Shown in pieces: positions 49,804 to 63,179 of a stretch of 64,000 nt of DNA. The stretch comes from Octopus vulgaris (Eukaryota): the NCBI GenBank assembly GCA_951406725.2, contig OX597817.1, forward strand, positions 17,112,001 to 17,176,000, given 5' to 3'. Below the pieces are notes generated by a model. It did no database searches. It was not told the origin of the DNA and saw only the letters and a list, made by a program, of their open reading frames with translations. The stretch's first letter is position 1, and the number at the start of each line of letters is the position of its first letter. The position numbers were made by a program, and so were the translations under genes.

Positions 49804-50367
49804 TTAATTAAGTGGTCTTCTCCAACACAGGATTGTTTATGAAAACGAGCCCATTTTTTTGATATTTAATGAGAACACCAAGTCTTGAAAAAAAAGGTGT
49901 TCAAGTCTGTATACATTTAGTTTTTATTTCAACTGTTTATCTCATTTATAATTTCAACCATCTCATATACTCTTTTGACTTTCATCCACTACTACTTATA
50001 AAAATACTAATATATCATTCTCTTTACATGAACACAAATCTCTTTTTCTGTCTTCATTATTTACTTAACCTAGGAATTTGATCTCAAATGTAAATAAGTA
50101 CTGCCTTACCATTTCCACCATATATCTAAAAGATATTCAAACCCACATGGGATTTGTTCTGTTTCAGAGAATTACATCCAAAGAATAGAAGTAAAATATA
50201 TAATTAAATTTATAATTTCGAAATTGGTTATTACTTTAATTGATATAAATTCTTTTTATCGAAGGAAGATTAATCCAATCATGGAATTTCAGCTCTACAT
50301 ACAGTCAAGTAGTGCCAAATTGATCTTGAAGAAGTCTGGTAGTACCAGATGCTATGACGGTGATTGA

Positions 50368-50981
50368 CCCATTAGCATTTAATCCAGTCATATCAGGCCA
50401 AAATATTCTACATTTTATGTTCACTCTGGTTTGATCTGGCCTCACACACCTACCCTGTAATGTCATTGTAAAAATAAACGTGTGGTAAGTAGCTTGCTAA
50501 CCAACCACATGGTTTCGGGTTCAGTCCCACTGCGTAGCATCTTGGGCAAGTGTCTTCTGCTATAGCCCCAGGCCGACCAATGCCTTGTGAGTGGATTTGG
50601 TAGACGGAAGCTGAAAGAAGCCTGTCGTATATATGTATATATATGCATGTGTGTGTGTATATATTTGTGTGTCTGTGTTTGTCCCCCTAGCATTGCTTGA
50701 CAACCGATGCTGGTGTGTTTACGTCCCCGTCACTTAGCAGTTCGGCAAAAGAGACCGATAGAATAAGTACTGGGCTTACAAAGAATAAGTCCTGGGGTCG
50801 ATTTGCTCGACTAAAGGCGGTGCTCCAGCATGGCCGCAGTCAAATGACTGATACAAGTAAAAGTAAAAGAAAATAAAAGAAAAATCATGTCATTGAAATT
50901 TTGAAGCTACAAGTGCATTGTTTAATTCGAAAGTATGTGAATAAGCATCACATTTGGGGGAATAATCTGAATACTAAAGGT
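50368..50981. mobile_element. Decayed copy of the same piggyBac-type MITE, split by a SINE
   Basis: CCCATTAGCATTT ... AATACTAAAGGT-TTAA ends, internal similarity to the 32962 copy, SINE at about 50479-50875 inside. Confidence 0.65.
50479..50875 (+). mobile_element. SINE family B, GRWD1 intron 5
   Basis: Same family; nested in a piggyBac-type MITE. Confidence 0.85.
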
Positions 50982-51044
50982 TTAAATGGTTTTATCATAG
51001 TTTGTCCTATTAATTTAAAAAAAAAAAATTTCCTTCTGTTTCAG

Positions 51045-51356
51045 CATCAAAAACCAAGTGCTGTATTCAAGCACCATAGCGCACCAATCACATCAGTAGA
51101 ATGGCATCCGACTGACAACAGTGTGTTTGCAGCGTCTGGTGAAGACAACATGATATCTCTGTGGGATATGGCTGTTGAAAGGGACACGGAAGATGAGAGC
51201 AGCAGCAAAGACGATGAAAACATCCCAGCACAATTGCTTTTTATACACCAAGGACAAAATGAAATCAAAGAAGTGCATTGGCATTGGCAAATGCCCGGTG
51301 TGGTCATTAGTACAGCCATTGATGGCTTCAATGTATTTAGAACTATAAGTGTATAA
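51045..51356 (+). CDS. GRWD1: GRWD1 exon 6 (terminal coding exon)
   Basis: ttcag acceptor; HQKPSAVFKHHSAPITSVEWHP...IPAQLLFIHQGQNEIKEVHWH...GFNVFRTISV*; exons sum to 1290 nt = 429 aa + stop. Confidence 0.95.
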   Translation, partial: HQKPSAVFKHHSAPITSVEWHPTDNSVFAASGEDNMISLWDMAVERDTEDESSSKDDENIPAQLLFIHQGQNEIKEVHWHWQMPGVVISTAIDGFNVFRTISV

Positions 51357-51470
51357 ACTTTGGATTGTAATTAAGCTGTTGAAAGATAAGAGAAGAAACC
51401 ATTCTGAAATAATACTAATGTGCTTTGCTTTTTATTACATTCCCATCTGCTGGTTCTCCTTCGCACATAA

Positions 51471-51739
51471 CATCATCATCATCATCATCATCATCATCGT
51501 TTAACGTCCGCTTTCCATGCTACCATGGGTTGGACAGTTCAACTGGGGTCTGGGAAGCCAGAAGGCTGCACCAGGCTCCAGTTTTGATCTGGCAGTGTTT
51601 TCTACGGCTGGATGCCCTTCCTAACGCCAACCACTCCATGAGTGTAGTGGGTGCTTTTTATGTGCCACCGGCACAGGTGCCAGACGAGGCTGGCAAACGG
51701 CCACGATCGGATGGTGCTTTTTACGTGCCACCGGCACGG
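51471..51739 (-). mobile_element. Family A copy just downstream of the GRWD1 stop
   Basis: Starts 115 nt after the stop codon. Confidence 0.88.
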
Positions 51740-52559
51740 ATGACCTCTGCCAATTATTAAAAGGAACTAGAAAATTTTATTTTTATAATTTAGTGACAAA
51801 TGTCAAATGTTCAACTTTTGTTCAGAAAGTGAATCTCATTGAAATCTTGTTTCAATTGATTTTCTTTTGGCTTGCAATTCTCTTCCATTTCATTTCAAAT
51901 ACCATGAGCTGCCAGTTTATTTGGTCATTTTAACAAGGTTACCATCGGTAATGTTTTTAATTTCAGCCTTGCTTGCTTCCCACATTTATTTGTAATGAGC
52001 TTCGAGACATTGCTGCTTACCCAATTCCAATCTTATGTCTTTGAGAAACCATGTTTCATACAACCATGGTACTTCCATCATCCATTTCTGTCTTTTGCTG
52101 TGTCAATCCTTCTCTTCAAACATCTGCAACTGAGATGTGTTTTGATGTACCATTCCAGGAATCTGTTTCCTGTTAGCTTTGGTAGGTCCCCAATTTCATG
52201 CTGTGTATCTCTGCCAATAACGTCAGTGTACTTAAGTGGTCTTTGCTCACTGTTAGGGTAGGGAAATCTCCAAAATATAACACTTTATATGGCCTTGTGT
52301 TCACCATAGTAGCAAAGTTTATCCTGTATTGAGCAACAGTAGTAGAGATTAGTGAAACATGTCCATAAATCTCGTCTTTTTTTCTTGTGCTCATACCATA
52401 AAATGTTTTCAGTCTTCTTTAGAAGCATAGTGTATGTACCATCAGAATAATTTTGTAGCTCCTTTTTCCTTGTCTATGTTTTGGCTCCATAAAGAATGCT
52501 GTGTACAGATGCTCCGAAGCAAACCAACCTAAACAAATGCTACTCTCAAACAGAGGTGA

Positions 52560-52930
52560 TCAAAACCTGAATGTCTCTGATCCTTGACAATGATAATGAC
52601 TTTACTCATACACCTAATCAACTGTGTGATGCTTAAGACTTGTTAACATTCTTTGACAATGTTGCAGTCAAAGTTGGAGTGTTTCTAAATGCAAAGAAGA
52701 CTGAATACATGGCCATCAGTGATTGTGAAAACCACTGGCCGATTTATTCTAACAAAGGCACACAATCCAAGGAGGTCAGTAACTTCAAGCACCTTTGTTC
52801 TTATGTTGCTGATAATAAGAAATATTTTCTTATATACAAAGGTGCTAACCTGGAGAGCCTACAAGCTTCAAAACATCTGGCAGTCAAGCATTTTGAAGTC
52901 AACAAGGCTATGTTCATTCTCTAGACATTT
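52560..52930 (+). mobile_element. RTE-like LINE RT remnant
   Basis: VGVFLNAKKTEYMAI...KEVSNFKHLCSYV resembles GLxxNxxKTxxM...VxxFxYLGS. Confidence 0.6.
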
Positions 52931-53253
52931 CATTCTTTATATCTTTTACTTTCTGTTCTTTCTTCCTCCCATTATTCTTTTAAGAATCAAGGGTGGTGAC
53001 ACAGTTAAATCAGTCTTTGTGATGTATTTTGTTAATGATTTAAATCCAAAATAGAAGAATGAGTTGTCTGCCTTGTGTCTGAAGCAAATTTTCAAAACAT
53101 TTGCAAATAAACACTGATAAAGGCTTCAAAACATAAGATGTAATGCAAATATTGAACCCAAAAAGAAATCTAGCAGCATAAAATACAAAATCTACAACAA
53201 AGAATCTAAATCTTAATAACAAAAGAAAAAAGCTTAACTAAGTCAACATCTGT

Positions 53254-53590
53254 ATAGGCACAGGAGTGGTTGTATGGTAAGTAGCTTGCTTACCAACCAC
53301 ATTGTTCCGGGTTCAGTCCCACTGTGTGGCACCTTAGGCAAGTGTCTTCTACTATAGCATTGGGCTGACCAAAGCCTTGTGAGTGGATTTGGTAAATGGA
53401 AACTGAAAGAAGCCCATCATATATATGTATGTTTGTGTGTCTGTGTTTGTCCCCCCAACATTGCTTGACAGCCGATGCTGGTGTGTACCGGTCTTACAAA
53501 GAATAAGTCTTGGGGTCGATTTGCTCGACTAAAGGTGGTGCTCCAGCATGGCTGCAGTCAAATGACTGAAACAAGTAAAAGAGTAAAAAG
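53254..53590 (+). mobile_element. SINE family B with an internal deletion
   Basis: Same family; about 50 bp missing near 53488. Confidence 0.85.
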
Positions 53591-55209
53591 TATCCCATAA
53601 ATATTAGGAAAATTAGCTATGTATGATTGGTTGTAAGCAATCAATATCTCCAGTGACCCATATCCTGTTATAAACGGTTTTTACAGATTTTCTTTTCTAA
53701 ATTATTGGCCAAAGATGGTATTTTAATCACTGAGAATACTGCAAGAACAAGTACACTTATAGAATGTATTTCTAATGTTTATGCAAGTTCTGAAACTTAG
53801 GTAATATTTACAGCAAGGTATTAGGAAGGCCATCCAGCCATAGAAACCATGCCAAAACAGACATGGAGCCTGAACAGCCCATCAGCTGATCAGCTCCTGT
53901 CAATCAGTCCAACCCATGCCAGCATGGAAAATGGACGTTGAATGATGATGATGATGCATAGGTCTCTCCATTTGTTTATCTATATTCCCCTCTTTTATTT
54001 CATTTTCTATACTGCTAACACCCTGAGACAGAAAGCTTTCACATTTAACTCAGGGTCATCTACTTTTCCATGCATGCATGGGCCAGGTTGACTTTGTTGA
54101 GGCAGATTTTCTGAGTCTGATACCCCTCCTCTTTCCAAGCAATGTAATATTCATCATGCTTTTCTAAAAGGCTGAAAGCAAACAACACTGCTTTTACAAT
54201 GAGTAACACTGGCTTTACAACCATCATGTGATATCAAGACAAAGAGACACAAACGTTTTATATATGATTAGTTGATTTCAGTTTCTGTCCACCAAACCCA
54301 TCTAAAGATCTTGGTCAGCCCATGGCTATTATTGAAGACATGGAGTTGAGCTCAAAGCCATGCAGTTAGGAAGCAAACTATTTAAGCATTGCAACCATAC
54401 TTGTGTCATTTTTGATATAATGAGCAAAAGAAAAAGAAAAAACCCAGTAGTTACCAATAATAGTAAAATATTTGCTATTAAAATCTAACATGACAACTAA
54501 ATATATAAGAAGGTACAATTGCAAGATATCTCAGGATTGCCTGTTAGCGAGCATTTTTCTTGAATATGCTATCTCATAATCAAAGTACAGTGATATTTTA
54601 ATAGTCACAAGATATCTGAGAGTCAGGAACTGGAGGAATTTAATGACCTAGCAATCTTGAATATATTTATTTGTTGGTAGGAATCTACTTAAAAACTCTG
54701 CTGAGCAGTTTGTTAAAGACTAAATCTAATTATTTCTGAGTAACAAAATTGAGTGGTAGATGCATAGAACCCTCTTACCTAGGAATACTCTCAGAGTAAT
54801 AATTTACTAATTCCACATTTGTTGCACTGATTAGTGTGTTACTAAGAAATGTCATGCTTGTTTGACTTAAGGTTATGGTAATAGACACCTGCCCAAAAAT
54901 ACCATGCAGTGAAATCAAGCCCAAGATCTCATGGTTGCAAACTAAACTCATTAACCATTTAGTCATGCAGCATCCTTATTAATAGTATAAATGAAGTGAA
55001 TTGACTTGAACCTGGTCTAACAACTGGATCAAAAACTTGGGGGTATATTTTTTGCTCTACAATAATAACAGATTCCTTAACTGGTTTCAGATTTCGGCAC
55101 ACAGCAAGCGATTTTAGAGGAGGGGTAAGTTGATTACGTCAACTCCTGTTCTCAACTGGTACTTAATTTTATTGACTCTAAACATTTTATTCAATGCACT
55201 AACAATTCT

Positions 55210-55463
55210 GTGGAGGCATGTGGCTTAGTGGTTAGGGTATCAGCACCATTATCGTAAGATTGTGGTTTTGATTCCTTGACCGGGCGACGCGTTGTGTTCT
55301 TGAGCAAAACACTTCATTTCACGTTGCTCCAGTTCACTCAGCTGGCAAAAATGAGTAATGTAGTGATGGACTGGCGTCCCGTCCAGCTGGGGATCACATA
55401 CGCCATGGAAACCGGGCCCATGAGCCTGGCTAGGCTTTAAAAGGGCGTATTTATTTATTTTTT
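55210..55463 (+). mobile_element. tRNA-derived SINE (V-domain-like GTTGTGTTCTTGAGCAA)
   Basis: A/B-box head, (TTTA)n tail, near-perfect 12-bp TSD ACTAACAAWTCT. Confidence 0.85.
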
Positions 55464-55880
55464 ACTAACAAATCTACCAGCTCACCACTTTAACTGTTTT
55501 CTAAATAACATAATCATTTGTTATACCCTGCCAGAGCCTCAGTGACAATATTCTTCGATTGCAACAGAATGGAAATGATTGTCCTGAATAAGTTTTACAG
55601 TAAGTGGTCCCTTTTCCCCAAGTCCTAAACAGTACAGAAGATTTTGAGGAGAAAAGAATCAATCCTAGTATTTATTGCTTTAGTTAGATGAACTTTACCT
55701 TTCCTTATCCTGTACTGAGCAACAAATAATAGAGATTCATGGAATGTATCCATAAAGCTCTTCTTTGATCTTGTGCTCACCGTAAAATGGTTTCAGTTTT
55801 CATCAGAAGTATAATGTATGTATCATCAAAACAATTGCGGAGCTCCCTTTTTCGTAGTCTAGGTTTTGGCTCCATAAAGA

Positions 55881-56180
55881 ATAATAATAATAATAAACAT
55901 TGTGTACAGTGCTCAGGTGCACTACAACTCATCTAAAGTGTATATATAATCAGGTGTAGTTTCGACGGATTTCGGAAAGCATGAGGGCCTTAAAGGATGC
56001 AGTGTCATGGCAGTCAACAACTGACGCAGGCAGTTTATTCCATGCTTCAGCAACTCTGAGCGTGAAGAAATGTTTCCGAAAGTCATGGGAGTTGTGTTGT
56101 TTTCTGACTTTGTAGGCATGTCCACGTGTGTTAGACACATGGAGATCAAAAAGGTGTTCAGTGTTGTTATTGGTGAGTAC
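55881..56180 (-). mobile_element. CR1 LINE 3' end with (TTA)n tail
   Basis: TRGHAYKVRKQHNSHDFRKHFFTLRVAEAWNKLPASVV; 3' UTR shared with the 33970 copy. Confidence 0.88.
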
Positions 56181-57972
56181 AATGCTTTGTACTCATGGAA
56201 AGGTAAAGTTGGCTTCAGTGGAATTTGAACCCAGAACCAAAGAGGTGGATCAAATGCTGCAACACTTTGATGATTGTGCCAAGCAACTACTCAGGCATGT
56301 TATGTAAGTCTGCCATATACAGTATATTGTATTGTTGAACAAGTATTAACATATTTAAAACAGAGAGCATTAAAAATTGAGCTAGAAATTATGTAGTGAG
56401 AAAATATTTCTTGTATTTAATGTTGAGAGCATTAAATAGAAATACAAAATGGAGAGAGTATTAATATTAAACCACTTAGGATTTTTTTCTTTTAAAATTT
56501 GGATATTTGAAAAAGGAAATTTAATGCAATAAAAGACATTTTAAAAATAAGATTTATAAAAAAATAAAATTTTTAAACATTCTTCAACCTCAAAATTAAT
56601 TTTTTTTAAAAACAATTTAGAGTATTAAGAAGGGTCAGTTTATATTTGGCACAACCAATAGTAAATCTATAAACTGAGTAAAATAGGGAGCACCAACAAC
56701 TTCAAATTTAAAGCCCATAAGACTGTTAAAAAACTTAGCTGAATGATTATTATTATTATTATTAGTGGTTGGCGTTAGGAAGGGCATCCAGCTGTAGAAA
56801 CACTGCCACATCTGACTGGCCTGGTGCAGCCTTCGGGCTTCCCAGACCCCAGTTGAACCGTCCAACCCATGCTAGCATGGAAAGCGGACGTTAAACGATG
56901 ATGATGATGATGATGATGATGATTAGGTGAGAGGGCAAGAGTGCATGGGACCATTCTAAATGTAAGTCTGTAAGTCAAAGAATAATTCAAGAATGTACTA
57001 TCCCTTTGTTTCAGGAGAATCTTGGTTCTTTTATTGGCCCTAGAAATTGTCTTATGTCAGTAGGATTGCATCATCATTTCTTTTTAATGTATATCTTTAT
57101 CATTTGATTCTATATAAGCCTCCAAATTTTGTGGTGGCAAGTTAGAGAAATTATCAATAAGGTGGATAAACTTGTAGAATTGTTAAAGCTTTGACAAAAG
57201 TGGTTTGTGATATTTGTTCCTTTACATTTTCACCTTTTTGGGGTTGATAAAATAGTACTGTAGCTGACTAACTCTCCCTCCCCAAAATTGCTGGCCTTGT
57301 GTCAAAATTTGAAATATTACTTCCTGTAGAAAGCATCACTGAGTTAATAAACATTGAATGTTTTACTGATTTTATAGCTAGTTTGGTTACTGTTTGTGTA
57401 ACACTACTTGTATGTATCCTATTTGGAAATAGATAAGAAATCACATCATCATTGTTTAACGTCCACTTTCCATGCTAACATGGGTTGGACGATTTGACTG
57501 AGGACTAGTGAACCAGATGGCTGCACCAGGCTCCAATCTGATCTGGCAGAGTTTCTACAGCTGGATGATGCCCTTCCTAATGCCAACCACTCCAAGAGTG
57601 TAGTGGGTGCTTTTATGTGCCACCAGTCAGGCAGTACTGGCAACGGCCACGCTCAAATGGTGTTTTTTATGTGCCACCTGCAAAGGAGCCAGAAATATAT
57701 TTTACTTTTGAAGTAGGAATATATATTGATAAACACATCACTTATAAGTGTTATCATTATACATAAATCCTGACTCCAGCTACATAAACGCCATAGTGAG
57801 AAATATATACTCTGAAATACTAACGGACATTTTATGCGTGCATGTATGTTGAAGATAAATAAATTCGTGTTTTTTCAACCACTATAAAAAATACACAGTT
57901 TCATAATTGCAGAAATAAATTTCATTAACAAGTTGAAGAACACGAAGAAAGAGAAAATAATTACTACATTAG

Positions 57973-57986
57973 TTTATTTATGTACA
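57973..57986 (-). terminator. Candidate 3' end of a - strand gene (Pumilio element + AATAAA)
   Basis: - strand reads TGTACATAAATAAA followed by U/GU-rich sequence; lies at the edge of a 4.4-kb TE-free block. Confidence 0.5.
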
Positions 57987-60900
57987 TTTAGCATTTATAG
58001 TACAATTGGAAAGTAAAGTCATTTTGTTGTAGAGAATTATGACTTAAAATTCACACTAGCTAATCCTTCATACTTACTAAAGTTCACAGCAATTTCAATA
58101 AGTCTTGTTGGATTTTTATCATAGACATGGCATAAAAAATAGCCAATATCTCAATGAGCGAGTGTTGTGGAGTTTACTAACATCCTACGAACACTGAATA
58201 ATTTCCCCAAGATCAGGGTTTTTATAACTGCTCATATCCGAATTCTAAGAGCCATATTTCGTGAAAGATTTGACAAAAGTTTAGAATTCGTATATGGGCA
58301 GTAATTTTAACCAATGGGATACCAACAATTTTCATATTGCCACCTTTTATGACTTGCTACACTGATTACCTTTATGGCATAGTTTTACTTGATCAGAATT
58401 TAGGAGTATTCAAACAAAAATAACTCAGGCAAAGAAAGAAGAAACAGTTGCAAAGATTGGAGTTTTATTTTTGGAAGTCAAAGCTGACATTATTAAAATG
58501 CCGTAATAAACTGCGATCTGGAATAAATTACACTTCAAAAAATAGATAAAGAAATTAAATCATTCACAAACTGAAGTTCATAAATGTATCCACCAACAAG
58601 GCCAAGAGGCATTAAATTGAAAAGAGATTAAGCCAAACAGATTTCTTATTCTGTTTTTTTTTAACAAATACAAACTGATTGAAATATGGGTATAAACAGA
58701 ACTAAAGAAAAAAAAAAAAACTCGTGAAATATCTACAATAGTAATGAGATTGTCCTTTTTTTTCTTTTTTTAAACAAAATTCTTACATTGCAGTACATTC
58801 TTCAAAATGGTATGTTCTGTAACCCATGAGGTTGTTGAGAGTCCAATGATGATGATTTTACCTTTATAAAGTTTAATCTAAAGCAAATTTGCCTGGCAGA
58901 AGGAAGCCGTCTGTCTCAAAGCTATACACGCGTGCACAGGAGGACTCGAATGATGAAAACACATTCAGTCTTAACAGTAACATTACTGTTTGTCAATCAA
59001 AATTTGAATCCTGTTCATTATAGTGAAACTGAATTCTTGTAATTTCATGTTTTCTTCTAACAAAACTGTATATGTAAGAATTTTATATCAAACATATACT
59101 GATACAAATTTTCAAAAAAAAAAAAAAAAAAAAAAGAGAGAGAGAAAACACTAACAAATTATTAGTGCTCCTACTGTACCTCCTTACAGCTTATTCGACA
59201 GGACCAATGGAAACTCAAAGGGCTTAGCCAAAGATATATTGTAGCATTGGTTACCCTTAACATGGGTTTCTATGACCAAAGAGCTAAAAGCTTAGAAGAA
59301 AATTGCAAGTGTACACAGTACTGATAGAAATTTGATTGGCAATTTAGGGCCATCAAATTAACTTCCTGAAAGGAAACTGAAGCAGAAAATAAAAAAAAAA
59401 AACTGATTCAAAAAACCACTTCCAACATTTTGATTTTTTTTCAATGTTTTTTCTTCTCGGGGTAACAAAATTGGGGTGGGGTTAGGGACAGAGATGGTAA
59501 ATTATTTGAAGGGGATATTAAGTACAACAGTTAGGACTTCATACAAATTTTTGTCAAGGGGTTTTGAGAGATGATTAGTGGAGTTAAATAAATAAAGTTG
59601 CTGTGTATATGATGGGGGAGAGAAGACCAAACATTTAACAATGAACATTTTAAAGAATACTTTCCAGATGAACAGTTATTCGAAATTTCATTACCAGATA
59701 CTGAAGATTAAAAAAATTTGAGTAATTTCTCTTTTTCTCTTTTTTTTTTTTTAAATAATAAACCTTGTCCTCTTAAAATGATACATACAGAGAGCATTTT
59801 CTTTAGTTAGGAGACATTTTTAGAGATTGAGTAATGCTCAGATAAATTAAATTAAAATAAATTATTTAAGTAGTGAAGCTCAAGGATAAAAATAAAATTT
59901 CAAATTAAAAACAAAGAAAATCCTAAACCTTATGTCATTGAACATATGCTACAAAGCTGTACCATATCTCATCATATTAAGGTAGGCCTGCCATTAACTA
60001 CAGTTTACTTGGAAAAGTCTTAAATATTACTCTTCTGGATATTAAGCATTAGTAAATGAAGCTAGATAGGAGCAAGTTCAGTTCAGTATGGAGGTATAGT
60101 AGGATACTGTACTGGAGTTCAAATAGAAGTACTTTCCTTATGCAGGCAACACAATTACACTGAGATGAAATAAATTGGTAAATTATACCAAAAGATAAAG
60201 AATAGTGAAAAATTAGATAAAACAGAACATTTCAGTTAATACATTTTTTTTTTATTCTGTTTTAAAGAATTAATTATCAGAGATTTTGTGTTTGTTAAAA
60301 TGTCACTTATTCAGAAAACATCAAAAGTATATTGCTGCCAGATTTATTTAGATTAAATGAAATTCAATTAATATTCATTATAGAAGAAGGCAAAAAAAAA
60401 GGGTTGTTCAACTTTAGTACAATGCTGTCCTTAATTATCTGACGAGTTTAAATTACTAAAGCAGTTAATGACTTCAATTGTAAGACATCATCCAACTATT
60501 ACAATCACAAAAGCTTGTCATAAGACATTTTTGGTCTTTTAAAAGTTGAACAAATGTAAAACTAAATATAATAACTATTAGGTAACCTGAGTTGACAGTC
60601 AAAAGACAAAGTAAAATAAAAGAACATTTATCAGTAATTCTAGTGTGGTGTAGTATATCATGTAGTAGTGTCTAGTATGTTCACAATTTAAATATGTAAA
60701 CATATTGTAGGCTTGTTGAAAACTGAGCAGCAGCACAAAATAATGAGAGAACAACAGTAAATCAGTGGCAATAGGCACAGCTATTTTGACTCAAGCTGAA
60801 AGTTTATCCAGGTAAAGTCGAAGTCTCAACCTTATTTAATTTTTGTGTAGTTTTAGTTATGGTTTTACTACATCAAGTAAGCTAGTGAGCTAGCTTGCAT

Positions 60901-62798
60901 TTTACTATTAAGATTTTGTTTTTGTGCAGCAGGCATCCTTGGGTATTTCCCTCTTACCCCTTCTAGTTATACTTTGAAGTTATTACATTCACAAGAAATT
61001 TTATTTCTCCCCAGTAATTCCAAGATCTTACAGTAACAGTAAGGCAATGCTTTGCTGATAAAGTCTAGCAAGACTGGAACATGTCTTTAGTTGTTCCTTT
61101 ATTGCTAAAGGTCAAACTCACTCCATCTTATATATTAACTGCTCTTATCATTAATGATATATAATTATAATTAATTAAAGTTTTTTGGTTCATTACATCA
61201 AAAACATTAGCACCCATTTTACTGTTAATTTTTGTATAGCTGCAAATTAGAAATGTTTAGAACTGAAAATAGTACAACTATCAGAAAAGCTCTCAAAGAA
61301 AATTTCAAAAGCCACCACAAAAATTCAAATTATATATCTTTTGATATTTTCTTCAAGATAGGTTCAGTTACACTGATTAACAACTGGGATTGTATTTTTG
61401 ATTGAGTTCATTAAGTGAAGCAGCTTAGCTGAAATAAGACACCTAAAAGGCAAATGGTTTAGGACTTTAAGCATACTAGCCATAAAAACTTTTATACAAA
61501 AGTAGAATTCATAAGATCTGATCACAAAAACTACCTGAATGCTTATAGCTTTTTAAATGTTTGTTTTAGACATAATTTTTCCACGTTTTTCATGAGAAAT
61601 ATTACAAGCCATCATTCATAATTACAATTATTCAGTTGTAAATCAGGGGTGACCTTGATTTTTTTTTCTTTGTTTAATCTGAGAAGGATGGTTCTGTGCC
61701 CATAAAGCACCCAAATCTTCCCAAACTGGTGAGTTCATTGCAGTCGTTGTTCAGTTATATAGTCGAGTTCAACTATTTGTCCCAGCCTAAGGGTATAATG
61801 TAAGAATTGAACTCATTAGCTTTGGATTAGTAAATCAGCACATCAATATGAAAGATAAATTTGTTTACCGCATGGGGGAGTACATTTGATAGATTGGCAT
61901 TGCCAAGAAGGGACCAAATACACAATTCTATTTCTTTTTCTTCTTATGATAAATAAAATAAAACCTTTATCGAAAATTGAAATAAAGAAAGGATAAACAA
62001 CAAAACTTCAGCTTGCATGAGAAAATAGAGTATTGGACTTGTATGATTGGGGGAAAAACAAGATAAATTTCAACAATGATTAAAATTTTATTTTAAATTG
62101 CTACCTTGCAAGATAAACAAAATAATATCCAAATAAGGATTATATACAGTCAATAAATCTCAGATATATATACACTTGCAGATGTTTAAATGCAAAAAGG
62201 TATGTCACAACAAGAGTATTGATGACTGAAATGAGATGTTGGGTTAAAATCTTTAGAAATGTTAGTAATAATAGTACTACTACTACAAATGCTGATAACA
62301 ATGTAGTCTTAAGCATTGTAAAGTATCTTGCTGAAGAACTAAACAGTACCTGTGACAAAGTGCAAGTGCACCAAGTCCATATCTTACCCGTTTGAATACT
62401 GAGCCACCCTAGTAAAAACTCCTTTTTTTGTTTTAATTCCCTTTTTAAATCTTATAGCTTGTAGAGGAACAATTACAATTCAATTCTAGAATGAATTGAC
62501 ACTGTTATAATACTTATTTTATCAGCAAACGAAAAGTAACATTAAACCTAGTAGGCTGGCCTTGTGCCTAAATTAGAAACAATTATTGTTACTTTGACAA
62601 GGAAAAGTGAAAATTTTTATAAAGTGTACAGAGGAGTAGTCATTGAAATCAACTCCAATGTATTATTTTATTGATAGTTGAAAAAAGAAAATTAACCCCA
62701 ATAAGGTTTAAACTTAGAAGAGAAGCAAAACGAAGCACCGTATGATAGTTTAGTCTGGTGTTCTACCATTTCTGTCGGCTCACTGTCCTTGAGGACAG

Positions 62799-63179
62799 TC
62801 TTTATATATAAAAGTGAAGTTGTGTGAGTGTCTGTCTCCTACGATTTAGATTCCTAACTACTCCCACATTTTGCGGTGCAGTTTAACCAAAAGCGGGTAT
62901 CTTATAGTCGTGATTCATATCGAGCCCTTCTGGGTATTAGCATGAATCTACGATTTAAAAAAAAATTTACCATAATTTTTTTCCATTTTAATGCATTTTT
63001 TCGCTATTATATAAGGGAAGTAACTCTCTAAAAATGTCTATGATGAGTCAACGATTTAAAAAAAAATTTACCATCATTTTTGATGCATTTTTTTTGCTAT
63101 TTTTTGGCTATAACTCTCTAAAAATGCTTATATAGTTATTTCCCTTACAAACCCGAACAACGCCGGGCAATACTGCTAG
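62799..63179 (+). mobile_element. Non-autonomous Helitron (related to the 38083 copy)
   Basis: TCTTTATATATAAAAGTGAAGTTGTGTG start; CCCGAACAACGCCGGG hairpin; CTAG|T end. Confidence 0.8.

Noticed and set aside
51047-51331. Antisense ORFs overlapping GRWD1 exon 6
   Set aside because: Shadow frames of a real coding exon
25457-51356. Functional operon-like linkage of DTWD2 and GRWD1
   Set aside because: Both relate to translation machinery, but they are 5 kb apart, each with its own candidate promoter and poly(A) signals; adjacency alone is not evidence
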